Positions 55,338-64,000 of a DNA stretch of 64,000 nucleotides are shown in pieces. This DNA is from a virus (taxonomy: Duplodnaviria; Heunggongvirae; Uroviricota; Caudoviricetes). The DNA lies in the IMG/VR virus record IMGVR_UViG_3300044716_000631. The stretch is one strand, 5' to 3'. Position 1 is the stretch's first letter. The number at the start of each line of letters is the position of its first letter. Below the pieces are notes generated by a model, which saw only the letters and a program-made list of their open reading frames with translations, made no database searches and was not told the DNA's origin. Both the position numbers and the translations under genes were made by a program.

Positions 55338-55797
55338 AAGCTTTTTCCTTTATACTTCGTCTAAATGGAGATAGTGAGTCGGACATTTCTACCAATTGAT
55401 CTACTCTATCATCGTTTTTAATTGTTGTCAACAGATAAAGCTTTTCTTCTGGAATAATAACCATTTTGCAAACGTTGCCATTCTTTACTCTGTTTTCAAT
55501 TTGCAAATTCTTGTTATTAGGACACAGATAAATCTTAGATCCTTCATTAGCGTAAATGGGAATATCAACAATGAAAAAAAGATCTACAGATGAAACTTTA
55601 TCGTACTGATTAAGTTCCAACCAGTATTCAGGCTTATTGCGCATTCTTGTCAGAGTCTTAATTTCAGCAGTCATAGAGCCAAGAACACCATCCTTGACTC
55701 TATCAAATTTATCTTCACTTAAAATAAAATTTGGACCGTGAAACTCTTGTACAAAACATTCACCAATATCACCTATTGCATTTTTAGTAGTTGTCAT
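55330..55797 (-). CDS. hypothetical protein, possible PD-(D/E)xK nuclease fold
   Basis: D...EIK arrangement (SEDKFDRVKDG...TAEIKT); weak. Confidence 0.3.
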   Translation of the reverse strand: MTTTKNAIGDIGECFVQEFHGPNFILSEDKFDRVKDGVLGSMTAEIKTLTRMRNKPEYWLELNQYDKVSSVDLFFIVDIPIYANEGSKIYLCPNNKNLQIENRVKNGNVCKMVIIPEEKLYLLTTIKNDDRVDQLVEMSDSLSPFRRSIKEKAYA

Positions 55798-56357
55798 TAT
55801 ATTACACTTTTCAATTTGTTTTGAAATTCAACCGCATTCTTGCTCACTGCTAATTCACGAGCAAATGAGATTATATCAAGTAATTCAATTGATGTCAACT
55901 CTTCAAGTGCGTCTTGGGCACGAGAATATTTGCCATCATTTCCTTCTGAAGCTTCTCTCCACTTGAAAGTGTAACCATATGCTTTGGTGGTGTTGTTATG
56001 AATCCAATCTTCAAGCTTTTTAATATCACTTACATCGCAAAAAATGTAGCGAACAAAGATTTCAGATTCTTTACATAGGTTGTTTTGTTTAATATAACGA
56101 TTTACACCGTGGCTACCTTTTGGCTGCCGCACAGTATAAGTTCTATCATAAACATTTTTTCCTTTGCCTGTGTAACCAATATTTTGGTGCACAAGGGTGT
56201 CACCAATTTCTTTGATATCAGATACATGAGCAATTTGATAGACACCAGAACTGTTATCGTTATCACGTTCTGTGCTACCGTTTGATGGGATTTGAGACAC
56301 AGGCCTCCAGTCGGAGATATCTGCGATTTTTACTGGACAATCTTCACTTGTAAACAT
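55797..56357 (-). CDS. hypothetical protein, possible GIY-YIG-like endonuclease
   Basis: SGVYQI ... NIGYTGKG resembles GIY...YIG with atypical spacing. Confidence 0.25.
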   Translation of the reverse strand: MFTSEDCPVKIADISDWRPVSQIPSNGSTERDNDNSSGVYQIAHVSDIKEIGDTLVHQNIGYTGKGKNVYDRTYTVRQPKGSHGVNRYIKQNNLCKESEIFVRYIFCDVSDIKKLEDWIHNNTTKAYGYTFKWREASEGNDGKYSRAQDALEELTSIELLDIISFARELAVSKNAVEFQNKLKSVI

Positions 56358-56971
56358 TATAAAATTTCCTTACGAATCCAACCTACATATTTTTTTGATT
56401 GGCTTTTGCAACGGTTATACACATCTTGTATTTTACAGGAATTTGCATCAGCAGCTTCCTTAGAACTCTTATACTCTATATCATTAATAATGTAAACATG
56501 TTTTTGTTTACGTATGGGTTTTTTTCTAACGTATGGAACTAACTTAATGCCTACTGCCTCATATTGTTTTTCCCATGTATCATAACCTGAACCAAGTTTT
56601 TGATAAGGCTTTAACGCAATGTTTTCCTCGTTAGTTACGTAGTTAACTTGGCATACCTTTTTAATAAAGGCAACCAAGTCATCAAAAGTAGCGCCGGCAT
56701 CTAGCATTTCAAACATTTTGAATGCACTTGCCTGCCGAGGATGAAAATGTTCTTTAGTCAACTCTGATTTTTTAAGATGTTGGCCTTTTTCTGAAACAAG
56801 TCCACTGTCTATAGCTGGACAATCAAAAATGCCATTGCGAATAAGCCCAATAGCCATATGCCGCTCATCCGGATCGTGTCCGTGAGCGGCATGGTTTGAA
56901 ATAACAATTCGTGCTAACGTTTCATATTTTTTAGACATAATAAGTTCCCTTGTTACTATTACAGTATACAA
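56357..56971 (-). CDS. hypothetical protein (204 aa), possible homing-endonuclease-like DNA-binding tail
   Basis: His-rich N-terminus, basic C-terminus; preceded by strong early promoter. Confidence 0.3.
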   Translation of the reverse strand: MYTVIVTRELIMSKKYETLARIVISNHAAHGHDPDERHMAIGLIRNGIFDCPAIDSGLVSEKGQHLKKSELTKEHFHPRQASAFKMFEMLDAGATFDDLVAFIKKVCQVNYVTNEENIALKPYQKLGSGYDTWEKQYEAVGIKLVPYVRKKPIRKQKHVYIINDIEYKSSKEAADANSCKIQDVYNRCKSQSKKYVGWIRKEIL

Positions 56972-56991
56972 AGTTTTTCAAAAAATGTCAA
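56963..56991 (-). promoter_or_regulatory. sigma70-type early promoter (TTGACA-N17-TATACT)
   Basis: Minus TTGACA 56986-56991, spacer 17, TATACT 56963-56968. Confidence 0.5.
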
Positions 56992-56998
56992 CAGTTTT

Positions 56999-57751
56999 TT
57001 ATCGCCACTCATTTCCGTAGCGTGAATCGTACTTTTTATCAGGGCTATACATGCTGAATTTTTCCCAGCCAGGATCGCCTACCTCTAAACGTTTACCTAT
57101 ACTGTATTGACCAATATGCGTAACAAGGTTTTGGCCTTCGCTATTTTTCAACTTGCAAGTTTTCAAGTCAAGATTCTTAAGGCATTCGGCAACTACAAAT
57201 TCACTGAGATTATGTTGTGTATAATCTGAGTATGGAACATTTGTAATCGACCTAGCGTAGAAACTAGCAAGACTCCAGAAGAATTCCTGATTTATTTCAC
57301 CGCGATATTGTTCACTCAGAATTTCATCTGTTTCTAAAGCCTGAGTTTCTGGTTCATGGTCATACCACTTTTGGCGTGATAAACAAATCTGCGAATAGTC
57401 ATCGTGGCTCTTCAGAATTTCAATCAAATCTGTAATCTTAATTGGCTGATTAATTAAGACATCATCTTCTGAATGATACACATAATCATAATCTCGTTCG
57501 GACAAAAGCTTAAATGTATCATTCCAGTTACGAGCAATTCCATGATTTTCCTGGTGTAGAATTACTTCATCATAGCCAAACATCTTGGCCAATTCATACA
57601 CCGTTCCGTCATGTCTTTTCTTTGGCATGTCGTCAATGAAAACACCATGCACTTCACAACCAGAAAAATCCAGCATGTCACGTTGAGATTTTAGAGTTGG
57701 AATTAGATATTCTAATCTATTCGTCGACCAAATAACTTTACAAATTTTCAT
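56999..57751 (-). CDS. putative glycosyltransferase (GT-A-like)
   Basis: HSEDDVLI acidic motif; tentative. Confidence 0.3.
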   Translation of the reverse strand: MKICKVIWSTNRLEYLIPTLKSQRDMLDFSGCEVHGVFIDDMPKKRHDGTVYELAKMFGYDEVILHQENHGIARNWNDTFKLLSERDYDYVYHSEDDVLINQPIKITDLIEILKSHDDYSQICLSRQKWYDHEPETQALETDEILSEQYRGEINQEFFWSLASFYARSITNVPYSDYTQHNLSEFVVAECLKNLDLKTCKLKNSEGQNLVTHIGQYSIGKRLEVGDPGWEKFSMYSPDKKYDSRYGNEWR

Positions 57752-58299
57752 GAATATTTCTCAGTATCAAAGAAAAATGTTTGAAACAAACGACCATCAT
57801 ATAGATCTTTACCAAAGTAGTCTAGGCTAGCATGAAACAAGTCGCCCTTGTAAATAACAAGTCTATTATACTTATTGCCTACGGTATCAATCTTATCCCA
57901 TTTGGTATAGTCATATGCTTCATGCAAATTTTCTTTTGCACGATATTCGCCAGTTTCTTTGTGTCTATAAATCGCAGTGCCACCAGAAACTGGTGCTTCA
58001 GGATTCAAATAACAAACGCCAGCCCACATGCTAGTATGATCGCAATGAATCCATGTTCTATCACGTGCAGTAGTATATTGGAAGCTTCCAGTGTAACCAT
58101 CTTCTTCAAACCAGTTGGTAATGTTACCAGCAAAATTCATGAAATGCTGAATGCATGCCTTTATTTCTGGTGTAAGAAAAGATCTGGTTCTAGCTCCAGG
58201 AAAGTTTCCAGTCACAGTATAGTCCTGTGCTAGAGCAAATGCCCGAGTGGCATCTGGATTTTGATAAAAATTATCAATGACCATTAAATCTAAATGCAT
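57748..58299 (-). CDS. putative 2OG-Fe(II) oxygenase superfamily protein
   Basis: HCD...H arrangement (IHCDHTS ... LFHAS) and C-terminal Arg; tentative. Confidence 0.35.
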   Translation of the reverse strand: MHLDLMVIDNFYQNPDATRAFALAQDYTVTGNFPGARTRSFLTPEIKACIQHFMNFAGNITNWFEEDGYTGSFQYTTARDRTWIHCDHTSMWAGVCYLNPEAPVSGGTAIYRHKETGEYRAKENLHEAYDYTKWDKIDTVGNKYNRLVIYKGDLFHASLDYFGKDLYDGRLFQTFFFDTEKYS

Positions 58300-58710
58300 T
58301 TACTTTTCCAGCTTTGTTAGTAGACCATGATTATTAGCATGACTTGGTGCTTTCCATCCAGCAGGTTTAATCAGATCTGGTAGACCAAGTGGATTCGGCC
58401 GTTCTGGTTTTACGCCAACTTCCTTAGCAAGGTTAGCACGTAAGACTTTATTCCATGCTTCATATGAGTCAATACCCATCGAATCCAGTGTACCAATGGC
58501 AACAACACAAAGATCGATTAAGCCATCTACAATCTCTTCGGCATTCTTTTCACGCACTGCCTTCTTAGTCTCATTGAGTTCCTCATCAAGGAACGCCATA
58601 CGAAAGTTCAGAAACTGCTTGAGTTTCTCGGCATCAAACTCTTGGACTTTCTCATTGACACCGTAATACCGATGCATGCCATTAATATCTCTTACCCAAT
58701 CTTCACTCAT
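58300..58710 (-). CDS. mazG: MazG-like nucleotide pyrophosphohydrolase
   Basis: EExxE-type acidic helices (FLDEELNETKKAVRE ... IVDGLIDLCVVAIG). Confidence 0.55.
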   Translation of the reverse strand: MSEDWVRDINGMHRYYGVNEKVQEFDAEKLKQFLNFRMAFLDEELNETKKAVREKNAEEIVDGLIDLCVVAIGTLDSMGIDSYEAWNKVLRANLAKEVGVKPERPNPLGLPDLIKPAGWKAPSHANNHGLLTKLEK

Positions 58711-59276
58711 GATTTTAGTGCCTCCAATACTTGTGTTGCTTCCGGTGTAAGACTCTTAATTCGTAGTCCTCCTGCGGTAACCGGTGTACCTTTATTTAGC
58801 TTTGCTTGAAGCTTCTTTGCTTGCTCAAGATGATAACGATTTGCTCGCTTGGTATGAACAATACCTTCAAGGTGATCGAATTCATGTTGAAAAACTCGAG
58901 CAGACATACCATCAAAGACTCGAGTTTCTGTCTGACCATCTGGATTCGTATAACGAACCTTGACCTTCTTTGGACGCTTGACCTTCACCCAGAGGTTAGG
59001 ATAACTTAAGCATCCTTCTTCAAGATACACCATTTCGCTAGAAATGTCAACAATTTTTGGATTGAATATCCCAATAATATTCTCAGCTCTCATCACGAAG
59101 ACACGATAGGGAAGACCTACCTGTGGAGCAGCTAGACCAAGACCATCATTCTCTCTCATGGTCTCGGCAAGATCGTTGTAGAGTTCTACTGGATTGATTG
59201 GTGGATTTGTAAAGTCAAAGTTCTCAGTCTTCTGCTTGAGAATCGGATCATTACAATCAACAAGTTCACGAATCAT
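58707..59276 (-). CDS. def: peptide deformylase
   Basis: All three PDF motifs: GLGLAAPQVG, EGCLSYP, QHEFDHLEG. Confidence 0.85.
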   Translation of the reverse strand: MIRELVDCNDPILKQKTENFDFTNPPINPVELYNDLAETMRENDGLGLAAPQVGLPYRVFVMRAENIIGIFNPKIVDISSEMVYLEEGCLSYPNLWVKVKRPKKVKVRYTNPDGQTETRVFDGMSARVFQHEFDHLEGIVHTKRANRYHLEQAKKLQAKLNKGTPVTAGGLRIKSLTPEATQVLEALKS

Positions 59277-59409
59277 TTTATAATCCTATCAAAGTTTAGT
59301 TTTGTCATTCTACTCATGGCTACATGATACTTTCGAAGGAGTGCCATTTCATCTTTCGAGTACTGCTGGAACCAGTACCACTTGTCATCTTTTTTCTGAA
59401 CCCATTGGT

Positions 59410-61125
59410 TCATGCTGCGATCCGACTAAAGTTCTTATGCTTCTCGAACTTAACTACAGAATGGAACTTATCATAGAGCTGATCACCCTTGTGGCTAATC
59501 ACAAAGGTGTTAGTATCCTGGGTCAGACCTTCGAGAATCTTCATGAATTCTTCCGTACCGCCGACGTCAAGCGACGAGTCGAAGACTTCATCCATGATGA
59601 GAAGGTTGGTCGAAGCAGAATTGCGGAGCTTAGCAATAGCCCTCCAGGTAAACATAAGGCTAAGATCAATGCGCATTTTTTCTCCCTCGGAGAAAGAGGC
59701 ATAGCTGAAATCGTCTCTGTAACGCGATTTAATAGTTTCATTAAAGTTTTCGTCCAATTCGAACTGGACAAAGAAGTCCATAGCGGCAAGGTATTTATTG
59801 ATTAGCTTATTCATCACAGGAACATACTGCTTGATGATCTTTGTCTTAATACCTGTGTCCTTCAATAGAACACCGGCTACTTCTAAAACTTGACGATGGT
59901 GAGTCAGTTCTTCTTTGCGAGTCTTTGTCTTATTCAGATCTTTCTTGAAAGTATCAATATCATCGTTGCCACTGTCAATGGCTCGTGTATTGTTACGAAT
60001 CGATTCAATCTCAGCAGTCAAAGTCTTAATCGAGTTTTGCCATGAACGAATGTCTGCATTGTGTCCAGTGATCTGGTTATTATGAGACGTGATTTGAGTA
60101 TTGATCTCAGCAATCTCTTGAATTCGAGCATCAAGACTTGCCAATTGATTTGCCAGTTGAACCATAGCATCTTCAACTTCAGAAGTCTTAGACGTACGAT
60201 TGTGAATCCATTCTTCCTTGAAGCCGTGGTCGATGCCTTGGCGACATGTCGGGCAGTTATCATGATCGTGGAAGAATGAAATTTCTTTCTTGAACTTCTT
60301 GATCTTGTTTTCAAACTCACTTTCCATATGAATGAGTTTTGACCGACGACGCATTACACTATCACTATCTTCAATGAGTGCGCTCAATGTAGTTATACTC
60401 AGGCTTACAGTCTCAATAGCTGCTTCTGTTTCAGCAATACGATCTTCAAGTTCACCTAGCATTTCTTGCTTGGCTTTAATCAGATCATCGTTGTTGGTAC
60501 GAAGAGAGACAATATGCTTCTCAGCCAGTTCAATCTTGTTCTCAATCAGAGTAATCTTATGATCTGCTTCATTGATATCATTACGATTCTCAATAATCTT
60601 TTCTTTGAGCAACGTGTTCATTGTGCTGAAGATTTGAATATCTAATAGGTCTTCAATCACTTCTCTACGTGCGTGTGCAGGAAGCTGCATAAAGGGCAGA
60701 TAGTTTGCAGAACCTAGGACTACAATCTGGCCGAAAGATTTGAAACTTAATTTCAAGATCTGCTTCTCAAATAGATCTTGATAATCTTTTACAGACGAGT
60801 TTTGGTTAATAAGTACATTATTTTGGTAAATCTCGAAGAGATGTGGTTTCATGCCTCTTTTTACAAGAAAATCATTTTTACCTACAGAGAACTCACATTC
60901 TACGAGAAGTCCCTTATTTGTAATAGAGTTCATCAACTGCGGTTTGTTGATGTTACGGAATGGCTTACCATACAAAGCAAATACCAGCGCATCCAGTATC
61001 GTGGACTTGCCGGCTCCATTCTCACCAACGATTAAAGTTGATTTACTACGATCCAACTGGATCTCAGTCATTTGATTCCCTGTTGACAGGAGGTTCTGCC
61101 AACGAAGCTTTTTAAAATAAATCAT
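59410..61125 (-). CDS. 46: recombination endonuclease subunit gp46 (SbcC/Rad50-like ATPase)
   Basis: Walker A GENGAGKSTILDAL, long coiled coil, C-terminal signature/Walker B LIMDEVFDSSLD; similar to T4 gp46. Confidence 0.85.
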   Translation of the reverse strand: MIYFKKLRWQNLLSTGNQMTEIQLDRSKSTLIVGENGAGKSTILDALVFALYGKPFRNINKPQLMNSITNKGLLVECEFSVGKNDFLVKRGMKPHLFEIYQNNVLINQNSSVKDYQDLFEKQILKLSFKSFGQIVVLGSANYLPFMQLPAHARREVIEDLLDIQIFSTMNTLLKEKIIENRNDINEADHKITLIENKIELAEKHIVSLRTNNDDLIKAKQEMLGELEDRIAETEAAIETVSLSITTLSALIEDSDSVMRRRSKLIHMESEFENKIKKFKKEISFFHDHDNCPTCRQGIDHGFKEEWIHNRTSKTSEVEDAMVQLANQLASLDARIQEIAEINTQITSHNNQITGHNADIRSWQNSIKTLTAEIESIRNNTRAIDSGNDDIDTFKKDLNKTKTRKEELTHHRQVLEVAGVLLKDTGIKTKIIKQYVPVMNKLINKYLAAMDFFVQFELDENFNETIKSRYRDDFSYASFSEGEKMRIDLSLMFTWRAIAKLRNSASTNLLIMDEVFDSSLDVGGTEEFMKILEGLTQDTNTFVISHKGDQLYDKFHSVVKFEKHKNFSRIAA

Positions 61126-61129
61126 GTAA

Positions 61130-62194
61130 TTACTCTACCTGTAAAGCTTCACTATACAACGTTCTGAGAAAATTGTCAAGGCGTTTTTTATCTACTGGAG
61201 TTTCCCACTGGTCGACTACCTTAGTCAAGATTGTGAGCGTGTCTTCCGCTTCATTAACAATGTCACTGTCATCTTCCAATTGAAGATTGAGATTGTCTTC
61301 GACCACTTGGATATCAAGAGCACCTGCCTTTTCAAGTCTATCAATATATGTATCAAACCAGAAAGGATTGTTCTTGTTCTTCACAATTACTTTTACGTAA
61401 GATCCTTGAGTCGCTTCAAAATCGAATCCATTGATGGTATCGAATCCATTCCACTTGGCATCGTCATAGAACCACTTTTGAAACATTGTGTAGGGATTTT
61501 GGATGAACTGCAATTCTCGAGTTTCTGTGTCGAATATATGAAAGCCCCGTGGATCATCAAAATCAGACCAAGACATTTCATACGGTGCGCCAAGATAATT
61601 GATATTGCCTCGTGTGGATTTATGATGGAAATGACCAGAACAAACGAGATCAAACTTATTAAAAACGCTAGTAGATAGACCATGATCGTTTACGGCTCCT
61701 CGATACATTTCGAACCCTGCAATTTCGAGATGCCCAAAAAGGATCTGCGCGTGAGTTTCTTCGACGAAGCGCATTGACTCGTCGTAGTTACCTGAGCAGA
61801 CCCACGGCAAGACAGCAATATCAGTGCCATCAACATTAACAACAGTAGGTTCGTCATAATAGTTTATCTCATACTTTGAGTGATCGTACAGTTCGCGCAT
61901 AGCATTAACTTCGTTTGTGTTCTTGAACGAAGTATCATGGTTACCAATAATCACATCTAGTTTAATGTTTGAGGTGTGGCATTTATCGATGAATGATCTA
62001 AGATGTCTTGCTGTGACAAAGTTGATATACTTACGTCGATCAACAATATCACCAAGATGGAAAATCCGAGTAATACCATTGTCAGCAAGAGTCGGAAAAA
62101 AGAATTCATAATAAAACCTGTTAAAGTACTCGGCAAACGCAACAGAATCTCCACGTGCGCCAAAGTGTGTATCAGTAATCAAAGCAATTTTCAT
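61130..62194 (-). CDS. 47: recombination endonuclease subunit gp47 (SbcD/Mre11-like)
   Basis: Metallophosphoesterase motifs MKIALITDTHFG, GDIVDR, GNHD, GHFH. Confidence 0.85.
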   Translation of the reverse strand: MKIALITDTHFGARGDSVAFAEYFNRFYYEFFFPTLADNGITRIFHLGDIVDRRKYINFVTARHLRSFIDKCHTSNIKLDVIIGNHDTSFKNTNEVNAMRELYDHSKYEINYYDEPTVVNVDGTDIAVLPWVCSGNYDESMRFVEETHAQILFGHLEIAGFEMYRGAVNDHGLSTSVFNKFDLVCSGHFHHKSTRGNINYLGAPYEMSWSDFDDPRGFHIFDTETRELQFIQNPYTMFQKWFYDDAKWNGFDTINGFDFEATQGSYVKVIVKNKNNPFWFDTYIDRLEKAGALDIQVVEDNLNLQLEDDSDIVNEAEDTLTILTKVVDQWETPVDKKRLDNFLRTLYSEALQVE

Positions 62195-62196
62195 TT

Positions 62197-62361
62197 AGAT
62201 TTTCCGAACTTTCTTATCATATTCACGAATGCACTTATCACAAAAGTCACGAATGTTTTGTAAATTCATCATATAGTTATGTCGAACTGTTATTGAATTG
62301 CTAGGATTTAGCATGTTCTCTCTGTACTGCTCAAGCAGTGGTGGAATATTTAGATTACTCA
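62197..62361 (-). CDS. small Cys-containing protein (55 aa; not in ORF track)
   Basis: MSNLNIPPLLEQYRENMLNP...CDKCIREYDKKVRKI; ATG embedded in last codons of gene 55 (ATGAGTAA). Confidence 0.3.
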
Positions 62362-62918
62362 TCTCCATCCTCTATAAATTTTTCTACGCCCTTCTTAGGC
62401 TTTGGTGCAACTGGGTTCTTTGCTTCAAACTTTTCAACAAGCTCACCCAGCTTTTCATTCACATTAATATATACGGCAGCAAACTGAGATCGATCTTCTG
62501 GCGCCATATCAACAAGAGTATTCATGACAATAGAGTTTTCGAAGCTCTTGTGCTTGATATAAAGTTGTTTCTTTTCTTTCTCGATTCTACGTAGGAATGC
62601 GTTGTATACGATTTGTGTAAAGTATGCAAATGGATTGTTTGTCTTTTCAGGATTAAAGTTGTGGAGATACCTTAGACAGTTTTCAATAGCATCGCCAATC
62701 ATCTCATCTTTATAAGAGTATCCAACAAAGTTTGGTCGAGTTGCCAGTCGTTGAGCGATCAGCATAATACACTTGCCAACATAGTTCGGAACTGGTGGAC
62801 GATCTTCACCTAGCCGTTTAGTCTCTTGGAATGCAGTATGATATTTCACCATCTCTGTATAGAAGAGCTTGTTGTCGATGTAGTGGTTCGACTTCTTTTT
62901 CTTTGGGATCTTTTCCAT
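62355..62918 (-). CDS. 55: late-transcription sigma factor gp55
   Basis: LHNFNPEKTNNPFAYFTQIVYNAFLRRIEKEKK matches T4 gp55 [33 protein letters not shown]. Confidence 0.85.
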   Translation of the reverse strand: MEKIPKKKKSNHYIDNKLFYTEMVKYHTAFQETKRLGEDRPPVPNYVGKCIMLIAQRLATRPNFVGYSYKDEMIGDAIENCLRYLHNFNPEKTNNPFAYFTQIVYNAFLRRIEKEKKQLYIKHKSFENSIVMNTLVDMAPEDRSQFAAVYINVNEKLGELVEKFEAKNPVAPKPKKGVEKFIEDGDE

Positions 62919-62925
62919 TATAACC

Positions 62926-63300
62926 TCAATTCAATTTTGATTTATCTGGCCGAATCATATTCATGAGCTTTTGATATCTTTCTTCAGCGTGATTCATTTC
63001 GTTTATAGCTTCATTTACAACTTCCTCTGCCATTTTCTTATCGTGCAGAGAAACCAGTCTTTCGTAGTACATACACATATGTTTTGAAACTGGAAAATCA
63101 AATACTATCTTATTCTTATTAATCACTATATACTCAGTTGAAGAAAATGTCAACACGTTTGTGAGCTTAGAGCCAATAGATCCTTCATTATTAATAGCAT
63201 CAACAATATAGAAAGGATCTACAATCTTATAAGAATCTGTAGACTCTTCGACATGTCCAATAATTTGTTCGCCGTTTATCAGATTTACTATTCGAATCAT
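62926..63300 (-). CDS. hypothetical protein (124 aa)
   Basis: ORF. Confidence 0.4.
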   Translation of the reverse strand: MIRIVNLINGEQIIGHVEESTDSYKIVDPFYIVDAINNEGSIGSKLTNVLTFSSTEYIVINKNKIVFDFPVSKHMCMYYERLVSLHDKKMAEEVVNEAINEMNHAEERYQKLMNMIRPDKSKLN

Positions 63301-64000
63301 TATAACCTCACGTTGTAAATTTCATAATCAAATTGTTCAGCGTCGTAAATTTTAGTTCGTTCTAAGAAGTGTTTCAGTGTAAAGTTTTGGTGTGCTTTAT
63401 AAGACAGATCATCTACAATATCATACAAGACAGCACCGTGTTCTTGTTTCTCTTCGTGTAATCGAAGCATACGACCAATGGATTGCAGCACTTTAATCTT
63501 AGACTTAGAAGGAGAAGCAGCAATCATATGGTGGAGTCTATTGATACTTACACCAGTGGATGTAGTACCTAATGATGCCAGTAGAATTGCGTTCTCTTCT
63601 TCCTCTATCGCTTTTCGTATCGATTCCCGATTATCACCGCTAACAGAGCCATCAATGTAAAACACATTATGATTTGTACTTCTTGTGATGAGATCATGGA
63701 GTGTTTTGCCATGATCCACAATTCGAAAGAAAACAAGTTTGTTACCTTTTAACGAGAGTCCGAGATTGCGGATGAACTTATTCCGTGCTTCGCAATTGAT
63801 GAGGAAATCGATTTCTTCTTGATATGTTTTTCCCTTGACATGTTTGCTTGTAGGTTCATCATACTTAAGGACGATGCACTTGATTTTGAGTTTGGCAACG
63901 TATCCTTGGTCCATAAGCTCTTTTGTGCTAACGGCTTTGTACTTTGGACCGAAGAGACCTTCGATTGTTGCTTCGTTAAGGGGTGAGCCGTCAAGCGTGC
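63300..64000 (-). CDS. SF2 helicase C-terminal region (UvsW-like candidate), 5' end beyond window
   Basis: Helicase motifs V/VI (LLASLGTTSTGVSINRL, QSIGRMLR); reading frame stays open upstream of listed Met to window end. Confidence 0.5.
   Translation of the reverse strand, partial: TLDGSPLNEATIEGLFGPKYKAVSTKELMDQGYVAKLKIKCIVLKYDEPTSKHVKGKTYQEEIDFLINCEARNKFIRNLGLSLKGNKLVFFRIVDHGKTLHDLITRSTNHNVFYIDGSVSGDNRESIRKAIEEEENAILLASLGTTSTGVSINRLHHMIAASPSKSKIKVLQSIGRMLRLHEEKQEHGAVLYDIVDDLSYKAHQNFTLKHFLERTKIYDAEQFDYEIYNVRL

Overview
This window reads as a segment of a T4-like (Tevenvirinae-type) myovirus genome, about 40% GC, with nearly every gene on the minus strand and tightly packed (TAATG and ATGA stop/start overlaps).

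Recognisable T4 core genes by direct sequence similarity:
- gp61 primase
- gp41 helicase
- UvsX recombinase
- gp43 family-B DNA polymerase
- gp45 sliding clamp, gp44 and gp62 clamp loader, and the RegA translational repressor
- gp46/gp47 (Rad50/Mre11-like nuclease)
- gp55 late sigma factor
- gp42 dCMP hydroxymethylase
- RnlA RNA ligase 1
- dCMP deaminase
- a partial thyX at the 5' edge and a partial SF2 helicase at the 3' edge

Auxiliary genes that look like those of marine phages: Hsp20, peptide deformylase, MazG, a 2OG-Fe(II) oxygenase-like protein, peroxiredoxin, a Dps-like ferritin and an EF-hand protein.

Between 40.9 and 46.0 kb lies an array of about 28 tRNA genes (minus strand, CCA encoded), with an inserted HNH endonuclease and a duplicated ~105-nt structured RNA element.

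The most unusual content is a cluster at 32.9-38.6 kb encoding curli-secretion components (lipoprotein CsgG, CsgF, a secreted curlin-repeat-like protein) next to a FecR-domain protein and a CHASE2-sensor class III adenylate/guanylate cyclase. This is a bacterial envelope secretion and signalling operon carried by a phage.

Other noteworthy content: a candidate cytosine hypermodification cluster (gp42, a C5-methyltransferase-fold enzyme, glycosyltransferase candidates, a dCTPase-like protein), two separate RNA end-healing/sealing gene sets, recurrent sigma70-type early promoters (TTGTTGACAT-N17-TAnAnT), T4-type late promoter motifs (TATAAATA), and PeSL-like promoter plus stem-loop cassettes.

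All calls rest on visual motif recognition; no searches were run.
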